64,000 bases of DNA from Nocardioides sp. (GTDB lineage Bacteria; Actinomycetota; Actinomycetes; Propionibacteriales; Nocardioidaceae). The first letter of the stretch is position 1. Every line of letters starts with the position of its first letter. The position numbers were made by a program, and so were the translations under genes. Below, one piece after another: positions 20,621 through 27,481 of the stretch. The stretch covers positions 1,322,609 through 1,386,608 of the forward strand of contig NZ_JASGIF010000002.1 of NCBI RefSeq assembly GCF_047602075.1, read 5' to 3'. The notes beneath the pieces are model-generated. The model did not search any database. It saw nothing but the letters and a program-made list of their open reading frames with translations, and had not been told where the DNA came from.

Positions 20621-21913
20621 CTACGGACCGAGCCGATGCAGGTCCCGGGGAAACAGGGTGACCTCGCGGATGTTCGCCGCCTCGACCAGTCGCGCCACCC
20701 AGCGCTCGAGCCCGATGGCGAAGCCACCGTGTGGTGGCATGCCGTGCCGGAACGCCTGGAGGTACGACGCGTAGTCGGCCGGGTTCTCGCCGCGGGCGCA
20801 GATCGCGGCGTCGTACTCCGATGGGCGGTGCAGGCGTTGTCCGCCGGTGACCAGCTCGAGGCCTCGGAAGAGCAGGTCGAAGCTGTTGGACCAGCGTGGG
20901 TCGTCGGGCTGCGGATGGGTGTAGAACGGCCGCTTCGCCATCGGATAGCCCTCGACCGCGATGAAGTCTGAGCCATGCTCGGCCTGCGCCCACTCGCCCA
21001 GCCAACGCTCGTGGTCGGGGGCGAGGTCGGGCTCGTCCTCGGCGGCACCGACCAGTCGCAGCGCGTCACGGAAGTGCACCACCGGGATCTCCTCCGGCAG
21101 CGCGGGCAGGGTCAGGTCGAGCCGGTCGACCGCAGCGGCGGCCTCCCGCTCGATAGCGCCGATCATCCCCGCCAACGCGGCGCGGAGAGTCGCGAGCACA
21201 TCGCGATGGTCCCGGATGAAGCCCAGCTCGGCGTCGAGGGAGACATACTCCGCCAGGTGTCGCACGGTGTCGTGCGGCTCGGCCCGGAAGACCGGACCGA
21301 CCTCGTAGACACGCTCGAAGACACCGACCATCTGCTGCTTGTAGAACTGCGGGCTCTGGGCCAGGTAGGCGGGCCGCCCGAAGTAGTCGACCTCGAAGAC
21401 GTTCGCGCCCGACTCCGTGGCCTGGGCCACCAGCTTCGGGGTCTGGATCTCGGTGAAGCCCAGCCCGTCCAGCGCACCGCGGAAACCGCGGATGCTCGCC
21501 GCGGCCAGCTCCCATCGGGCGCGCTGAGCGGGGTGGCGCCACGCCACCGCCGCGTGGTCGAGCTGCACGGGCAGGGTTGCCGACAGGTGCGGGCGCCACA
21601 GCTCGAACGGCGGAGTCTGGGCCGCTTCGCTCAGTGGCCGCACCCTCGCCTCGGTCACTTCGACGCCGCCGGGCGCCTGGGCGTTGGCGACCAGCGTGCC
21701 GATCACCTCGACCGGCGTCTCCTCGGGAGGGACGTCCGCGTCTGCGGGCAGCACGACCTGGGCCAGGCCGGTGCGGTCGCGCACGACCAGGAACGTCACC
21801 GTGGCCAGCTCACGGCGCCGATGCACCCAGCCTTGGAGCAGGACCAGGTCCCCGGGCGGAGCGGTGGGTAGGTCGGCAGCGAGCCTGCGGTGGGGACGGG
21901 CAGGGTCGGTCAT
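20621..21913 (-). CDS. aspS: Short (archaeal-type) non-discriminating aspartate--tRNA(Asp/Asn) ligase
   Basis: 430 aa, OB-fold GWVHRRR/FLVVRD, YLAQSPQFYKQ, FRAE, GMPPHGGFAIGLER; no bacterial insertion domain; GGAGGTG SD 8 nt before ATG 21913. Confidence 0.9.
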   Translation of the reverse strand: MTDPARPHRRLAADLPTAPPGDLVLLQGWVHRRRELATVTFLVVRDRTGLAQVVLPADADVPPEETPVEVIGTLVANAQAPGGVEVTEARVRPLSEAAQTPPFELWRPHLSATLPVQLDHAAVAWRHPAQRARWELAAASIRGFRGALDGLGFTEIQTPKLVAQATESGANVFEVDYFGRPAYLAQSPQFYKQQMVGVFERVYEVGPVFRAEPHDTVRHLAEYVSLDAELGFIRDHRDVLATLRAALAGMIGAIEREAAAAVDRLDLTLPALPEEIPVVHFRDALRLVGAAEDEPDLAPDHERWLGEWAQAEHGSDFIAVEGYPMAKRPFYTHPQPDDPRWSNSFDLLFRGLELVTGGQRLHRPSEYDAAICARGENPADYASYLQAFRHGMPPHGGFAIGLERWVARLVEAANIREVTLFPRDLHRLGP

Positions 21914-22070
21914 CAGGGGTTCACCTCCGGTCTCGAGTGAGCCCTGGAGGTGCGGGCGGGGGCTAGGTCGCGGTGCCACCACACCTTCGCCGGCAACGCC
22001 GCCGGCCTCTCGTCGGTTCGCCGGACGCGCGGCCCCCGCTCGTCGGGGGTCGTCACGCCCCAGCAGGAAC
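21911..22070 (-). ncRNA. Compact translational (class II) T-box riboswitch, predicted Asp specifier
   Basis: Antisequestrator: GGUGUGG(21985-21979)/CCGCACC(21955-21949), 7-nt bulge UGGCACC, GCG/CGC. Stem III GCCGGC/GCCGGC. Alternative hairpin CACCUCC/GGAGGUG buries the SD. Stem I 22070-22032 carries GAC+G in a 3' bulge. Confidence 0.8.
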
Positions 22071-22077
22071 GGCGGGC

Positions 22078-22083
22078 AGTCTA
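22078..22083 (-). promoter_or_regulatory. Candidate -10 element TAGACT for the aspS leader
   Basis: TANNNT hexamer 7 nt upstream of the first base of predicted Stem I; a hairpin CCCGGG-TGCGA-CCCGGG (22084-22100) follows the GNAT stop. Confidence 0.5.
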
Positions 22084-22111
22084 CCCGGGTCGCACCCGGG
22101 CCGCGGACGCA

Positions 22112-23020
22112 TTATCCGCCCGGCGCCAGGTAGCGGTAGGCGTGGTGGGTGGTGAAGCCGAGCCGGTCGTAGAGGGCGACGGCGGGAGCGTTGTCGGCCA
22201 CGACCTGGAGGTACGCCGTCGTGGTGCCGTGCTCGGCGCCCCAGTCGAGGAGTGCGGCCATGATGGCCAGGCCGAGGCCCCGTCGGCGGCGCTCTGGCCG
22301 CACCTCCAGGCCACCTAGGCCGATCCAGTCGCGGGAGTACGCCGCCTGGCCGCGCGCGTCCTCGCCGATCCGGGCCTCGACCCGGTCGCCGGAGCCCACC
22401 AGGCGCACCCCGAAGTCAGGCAGCTCCACGAGCTGACGCCGGATTGCGGCGACACCGGCGAGGCAGAAGAGCGTGTCCGCCTCCTGACGGTGCACCTGCC
22501 AGCCGGCCCCGACGAACCGGTCGTGCTCGTCGGAGTCGGGCTGCACGCAGGCGATCGGCGGCCGCCCGGCCGCGGCGTACCACTCCACGACTCGAGCGAT
22601 TGGGTCCTCCACCTCGGCGGGTGTCATGGCCAGCACCGAGTTGGCCCGTCGGTTGGGGTGGGTGGCGGATCGACGCAAGGTCCAGCCACCCAGTCGCTCG
22701 ATGGTCAGGTCGGTCCACTGCGCGAAGGCGCGCTCGTGGGCCTCGGCCGGGGTGACGCGCCCGCGCACCGACGGCCGCGACGGCACCGGCTTGCCGGAGA
22801 CGATGAGGCGGCGCGAGATGGTGACCACGCTCCCGTCGGCCCGCTCGACGGTCATCGAGTCGTCGTCCCACGACGTACAGACACCGAGCACGTCCGTGAC
22901 GGCCGGCCCTCCGGACGGACCGGTCTGGCCCGGCAGCAGATGGCGCACGACGACTCGTTGCCCGACGACGTGGGCACCGAGTCCATGCCGACCGACCGCG
23001 TGTCCTGGTGCCGCACCCAC
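22112..23020 (-). CDS. GNAT family N-acetyltransferase
   Basis: RRANSV, VRPERRRRGLG, AYLQVVADNAPAVALYDRLGF. Confidence 0.88.
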   Translation of the reverse strand: MGAAPGHAVGRHGLGAHVVGQRVVVRHLLPGQTGPSGGPAVTDVLGVCTSWDDDSMTVERADGSVVTISRRLIVSGKPVPSRPSVRGRVTPAEAHERAFAQWTDLTIERLGGWTLRRSATHPNRRANSVLAMTPAEVEDPIARVVEWYAAAGRPPIACVQPDSDEHDRFVGAGWQVHRQEADTLFCLAGVAAIRRQLVELPDFGVRLVGSGDRVEARIGEDARGQAAYSRDWIGLGGLEVRPERRRRGLGLAIMAALLDWGAEHGTTTAYLQVVADNAPAVALYDRLGFTTHHAYRYLAPGG

Positions 23021-23076
23021 GGGTGGATACTAGGCTGAGCCCGATTGCCCTTCACATGCTCCCTCAGGAGGATCTG

Positions 23077-23400
23077 GTGACCTACGTCATCGCCCAGCCG
23101 TGCGTCGATGTCAAGGACCGCGCCTGTGTCGACGAATGTCCGGTCGACTGCATCTACGAGGGCAAGCGGATGCTCTACATCCATCCCGACGAGTGCGTCG
23201 ACTGTGGTGCCTGCGAGCCGGTCTGCCCGGTCGAGGCCATCTTCTACGAAGACGACACGCCGGAGGAGTGGCAGGAGTACTACGCCGCCAACGTGGGCTT
23301 CTTCGACGACCTCGGCTCGCCCGGCGGCGCCGCCAAGATGGGTGAGATCGACCACGATCACCCGTTCGTCGCAGGCCTGCCCCCGCAGAACCAGGACTGA
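23077..23400 (+). CDS. fdxA: 7Fe ferredoxin
   Basis: CVDVKDRACVDECPVDCIY, CVDCGACEPVCP; AGGAGG SD. Confidence 0.96.
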   Translation: MTYVIAQPCVDVKDRACVDECPVDCIYEGKRMLYIHPDECVDCGACEPVCPVEAIFYEDDTPEEWQEYYAANVGFFDDLGSPGGAAKMGEIDHDHPFVAGLPPQNQD

Positions 23401-24536
23401 ACATCGCACTGCCAGGCACCGCACCGCCAGGCCCCGCCCGCTCGGTCTCCTCGCGGCTCCCGGACTTTCCCTGGGACCACCTGACGGCGTACGCCGCCCG
23501 CGCGCGAGCGCACTCCGACGGAATCGTCGACCTCTCGGTCGGCACCCCGGTCGATCCGACGCCTGTGGTGGTGCAGGCCGCGTTGGCCGAGGCCGCGGAT
23601 GCGCCCGGCTATCCGCTCACCATCGGCCTGCCCGAGACGCGCCAGGCGGCCGTCGACTGGTTGGCCCGACGCTGGGGAGTGACCGGGCTGGGCCTGGACG
23701 CCGTGCTGCCGGTGATCGGCAGCAAGGAGCTGATCGGCAGCATGCCCCTGCACCTCGGTGTCGGGCCCGGTGATCTGGTCGTCCATCCCGAGCTCGCCTA
23801 TCCGACCTACGAGGTCGGAGCGGCGCTGGTCGGCGCGGAGGTGCTGGCCACCGATGCCCTCACGGCGATCGGACCGCGGCGCCCGCGACTGCTCTTCGTC
23901 AACTCACCCGCCAACCCCTCGGGGCGGGTGCTGCCAGTCGAGCACCTACGCAAGATGGTCGACTGGTGCCGCGACCGGGGCACGGTGCTGGTCTCCGACG
24001 AGTGCTACCTGGAATGTTCGTGGGACCCGAGCAGCCCACCGGTCAGCGTGTTGCACCCCGACGTCTGTGGGGGCTCCCACGAAGGCCTGCTCTCGGTGCA
24101 CTCCTTGTCGAAGCGGTCCAACATGGCCGGCTACCGCTGCGCCTTCGTGGCCGGCGACCCGGCGCTGGTCGGAGAGCTGCTGGCCGTGCGGAAGAACCTC
24201 GGGCTGCAGATGCCAGGCCCACAACAGCGGGCCATGATCGCGGCGCTGGACGACGACGCGCAGGTGGCAGCCCAGCACACGGTCTATGCACGACGCCGAC
24301 GCTGGCTCCGGGATGCGCTCGAGGGCGCGGGCTTCCGGATCGACCACTCCGAGGCGTCGCTCTACCTCTGGGCCACGCGTGGTGAGGACTGCTGGCAGAC
24401 CGTCGAGTGGCTGGCCGATCGGGGCATCCTGGTGGCACCCGGCGCCTTCTACGGCGCCACCGGGCATGAGCACGTTCGGGTCGCCTTCACCGCCACCGAC
24501 GAACGCGTCGGTGCGGCCGTGGAACGGCTGGGCTGA
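23397..24536 (+). CDS. dapC: Succinyldiaminopimelate transaminase (start codon uncertain)
   Basis: LPDFPWD...DLSVGTPVD lies in frame upstream of the ORF-track start 23565; SDECY, SLSKRSNMAGYR; follows fdxA. Confidence 0.92.
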   Translation: MNIALPGTAPPGPARSVSSRLPDFPWDHLTAYAARARAHSDGIVDLSVGTPVDPTPVVVQAALAEAADAPGYPLTIGLPETRQAAVDWLARRWGVTGLGLDAVLPVIGSKELIGSMPLHLGVGPGDLVVHPELAYPTYEVGAALVGAEVLATDALTAIGPRRPRLLFVNSPANPSGRVLPVEHLRKMVDWCRDRGTVLVSDECYLECSWDPSSPPVSVLHPDVCGGSHEGLLSVHSLSKRSNMAGYRCAFVAGDPALVGELLAVRKNLGLQMPGPQQRAMIAALDDDAQVAAQHTVYARRRRWLRDALEGAGFRIDHSEASLYLWATRGEDCWQTVEWLADRGILVAPGAFYGATGHEHVRVAFTATDERVGAAVERLG

Positions 24537-24570
24537 ATCTGAGTCTGAGGCTGGCGTGGCAGCGTCAGAC

Positions 24571-25113
24571 TCAGCGCGCGAGCTTCCAGGCCCGTCGCTT
24601 CTCGGTCTCGACCACGGGTCGGGCCTCCTCGCGGATCGAGACCAGCATCGCCCGCCAGTCGTCGGACTGGACCGAGGCGGAACTCAGATGCGCCTCCTCA
24701 AGGATCTCCTCGGCCGCCGCCAGCACCGGGTCGCAGGCTGCCACCTGCTCCAGCTCAGCCACGACCAGCGGCTCGGGCTTGCCGGACTGGATCGGCTCGA
24801 CCGCCTCCGCAACGGGTTCCTCGACCGCGACCGGTTCAACGACAGGCTCCACGACCGGAGCGAGGGCGACCGGAGCAACGGGTGCGGGAGCGGGTGCGAC
24901 CGCAGCGCTCGCCTGGCCCATCCGCACTGCGGAGATCGCGGTCAGCCGGACGAGCACATCGGACTCGACCGAGCTGAGCATCACCCCGTCACCGTCGAGT
25001 CCGGCGACGGCGCCGGAGAACCACTCGCCGCCGACCAACAGGCTGACGGAGAGGTCGTCGTTCTCGGCCTGACGCAGGGCAGAGCCGACGGTGTACACAT
25101 TGGAGCCGCTCAT
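24571..25113 (-). CDS. Hypothetical protein with N-terminal Sm/Hfq-like segment and acidic Pro/Ala linker
   Basis: From ATG 25113: helix then VSLLV-GGEWFSG-D-VML-VRLTAISAV. The fold similarity is inferred by eye. Confidence 0.7.
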   Translation of the reverse strand: MSGSNVYTVGSALRQAENDDLSVSLLVGGEWFSGAVAGLDGDGVMLSSVESDVLVRLTAISAVRMGQASAAVAPAPAPVAPVALAPVVEPVVEPVAVEEPVAEAVEPIQSGKPEPLVVAELEQVAACDPVLAAAEEILEEAHLSSASVQSDDWRAMLVSIREEARPVVETEKRRAWKLAR

Positions 25114-25203
25114 CGGTGACCTCACTCGGGAATCGGTCGGATGGGTGGATCCATTGGACCTTGGCAACACGGAGGTCGAGGCGAGAATCCGGTCAGGGTT
25201 GGA

Positions 25204-25219
25204 TAGTCCGATCGGACTA
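25204..25219. promoter_or_regulatory. Perfect 16-bp palindrome TAGTCCGATCGGACTA
   Basis: Read directly; lies ~90 bp upstream of the ATG at 25113. Confidence 0.55.
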
Positions 25220-25247
25220 GGCACCCCGTGGAGCAGGGCCGGACCGG

Positions 25248-26216
25248 TCAGGGCGCGACGTCGACGTGGACGTGGTCGCGATGCTCGAGGATCACCCGGC
25301 TGCCGCTCGATCCGGACGGGACATGGTAGGCGCGCCACCCGTCGCTAGAGGCTCGGCCGGCGGTCCAGATCTTGTTGTCGAAGATGACGTGCTGGATGTC
25401 CAGGCGGCCGGCCTGGGCGACCAGGTAGGCGGCGATCGCCCACCCGCGCTGCTTGTTCGCCGGCGAGACCGGACGCACGAAGATGTCGATGGCGCGACCG
25501 TCGTAGTGTGCCGAGCCCGTCATGTGACCTGAGCGCGCGCCGCCGGGCTCGAAGCCCCCCAACGACACGTCGCCGAACACGCCCAGGAGCTCCTTGCGGA
25601 CCGTCTCCGCGCGCCGGGTCAGACCGCGGGAGTTGAGCTTCGTGGACGCGGGCTCGGCGTCGTCGCGGATCTGGCAGGTGAAGGCTCCGCCGGTGGTCTC
25701 GCCGGTCAGCGCTGACGCCAGCGCACGAGCGTCCGCCTCGTGGTCGGCATACGCACCCGGGAACGCCGACCGCTGCACCTCCTGGGCCGCGTCGGTGATC
25801 TCCATCTCGGTGTAGCCGTCGACCTTCACCAGCGCGTCGTAGAACCTGTTGATCGAGTAGTAGGGGTCCAGGATCTGGTCGCGGGTGCCCCATCCCTGCG
25901 AGGGACGCTGCTGGAACAGGCCGATGGAGTCCCGGTCGCCGTGCTCCAGGTTGCGCAACTTGGACTCCTGGAAGGCGGTCGCGAGCGCGATCGTGGCGGC
26001 GCGCGGGGGGAGACCACGTTGCACCGAGACCGCCGAGATCAGAGCGGCGTTCTGGGCCTGCTCCAGGTCGAGATCGACCCGATGGCCGCCAACCTCGGCA
26101 TGACACCCTTCGGCGAAGGGCAGCAGATCGTCCTTGTGATGCCACGCCACCACGCCCACCACCACGAAGATGGCCACCACGACCAGCAGCGTGAACATCA
26201 GGCGGAGTCGTCTCAT
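25248..26216 (-). CDS. Secreted/anchored putative cell-wall hydrolase
   Basis: TM helix; ATAFQESKLRNL..GDRDSIGLFQQRPSQGWG segment; C-terminal HYDGRAID...HRDHVHV metal-ligand-like motif. Confidence 0.7.
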   Translation of the reverse strand: MRRLRLMFTLLVVVAIFVVVGVVAWHHKDDLLPFAEGCHAEVGGHRVDLDLEQAQNAALISAVSVQRGLPPRAATIALATAFQESKLRNLEHGDRDSIGLFQQRPSQGWGTRDQILDPYYSINRFYDALVKVDGYTEMEITDAAQEVQRSAFPGAYADHEADARALASALTGETTGGAFTCQIRDDAEPASTKLNSRGLTRRAETVRKELLGVFGDVSLGGFEPGGARSGHMTGSAHYDGRAIDIFVRPVSPANKQRGWAIAAYLVAQAGRLDIQHVIFDNKIWTAGRASSDGWRAYHVPSGSSGSRVILEHRDHVHVDVAP

Positions 26217-26250
26217 GGGAGTCGTCTCATGGCGGCGGGTGACCCGGAGG

Positions 26251-27195
26251 TCAGTCGTTGGCGTGCAACGAGGAGTTGAGAGCGATCCCCATGCCCTTGC
26301 GGGGCACGGCCTCGACGGCGCCGGACACCGAGTTGCGGCGGAACAGCACGTTGCTCGCGCCGGAGAGCTCCAGCGCCTTGGCCACGCCAGTCTCACCGGT
26401 CTCGTCGTGGATGGTCACCTTGGTTCCGGCGGTGACGTAGCAGCCCGCCTCCACGATGCAGTCGTCACCCAGCGAGATGCCGATGCCGGAGTTGGCGCCG
26501 AGCAGGCAGCGCTCGCCGATGCGGATGGTCTCCTTGCCGCCTCCCGACAGGGTGCCCATGATCGAGGCGCCGCCACCGATGTCGGAGCCGTCGCCGACCA
26601 CCACACCGGCCGAGATACGGCCTTCGACCATCGAGGTGCCGAGGGTCCCGGCGTTGTAGTTCACGAAGCCTTCGTGCATGACCGTGGTCCCGGGCGCGAG
26701 GTGGGCGCCGAGCCGCACTCGGTCCGCGTCTGCGATCCGCACCCCGCTGGGCACCACGTAGTCGACCATCCGCGGGAACTTGTCGACGCCGTACACCGCC
26801 ACCTGCTGCCCGGTCGCCTTGAGCCGCGCGCGGGTCGCCTCGAAGTCGGGGACAGCGCAGGGCCCTGCCGAGGTCCACACGACGTTGGTGAGCAGCCCGA
26901 ACACGCCCTCCGTCGACAATCCGTGCGGCCGGACCAGCCGGTGGGAGAGCAGGTGCAGTCGGAGCCAGACGTCCTCGGTCGACTCGGGCGCCGCGGCCAG
27001 GTCGGCGATGACGACCAGCTTCACCTCCCGGGTCACCTTGCGCACCGGGTCGGGCGTGGCCAACCCGGCCAACGCCTCGGGCGCGGTCGGATCGGCGTCC
27101 GGCTGGCCCAGACGGGGCTCGGGGACCCAGAGATCGAGCACGGCGCCGGTGGCGTCGAGCGTGGCCAGGCCGAAGCCCCAGGCGGCGGTGGTCAT
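26251..27195 (-). CDS. dapD: Tetrahydrodipicolinate N-succinyltransferase
   Basis: [47 protein letters not shown]. Confidence 0.96.
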   Translation of the reverse strand: MTTAAWGFGLATLDATGAVLDLWVPEPRLGQPDADPTAPEALAGLATPDPVRKVTREVKLVVIADLAAAPESTEDVWLRLHLLSHRLVRPHGLSTEGVFGLLTNVVWTSAGPCAVPDFEATRARLKATGQQVAVYGVDKFPRMVDYVVPSGVRIADADRVRLGAHLAPGTTVMHEGFVNYNAGTLGTSMVEGRISAGVVVGDGSDIGGGASIMGTLSGGGKETIRIGERCLLGANSGIGISLGDDCIVEAGCYVTAGTKVTIHDETGETGVAKALELSGASNVLFRRNSVSGAVEAVPRKGMGIALNSSLHAND

Positions 27196-27276
27196 GCGGC
27201 AACCCTAGACGGCATACTCCAAGGGGAAGTGATTGGCAAGGAGTGGGTGCGGCGCCGTACCCTTGCTCACACAGGC

Positions 27277-27475
27277 GTTCGAGCCGTCATCAGCGGCGAG
27301 CCTCCGGAAGAACAGCTGGCCTCGGATGAGACCGGCTCAGTAGAACCGGACGGGTAGGCCCGTCACAGCCGGCAACGAGCGGTCCCGCCGCGCAGGCGGT
27401 CGGGGCAAGCGAGGTGGTACCGCGGCCCGGTCGGGTCGTCCTCGTGCAGGAGCACGACGTACGACGACCAGGAGA
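27277..27475 (+). ncRNA. ileS translational T-box riboswitch (ultrashort Stem I type)
   Basis: AUC specifier 27289-27291, GAGCC..GGAAGAAC, AGUAGAAC, Stem IIA/B, CGAGG-UGGUACC-GCG...CGU-CCUCG (27410-27443); matches the known actinobacterial ileS leader layout. Confidence 0.93.
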
Positions 27476-27481
27476 GACGCG

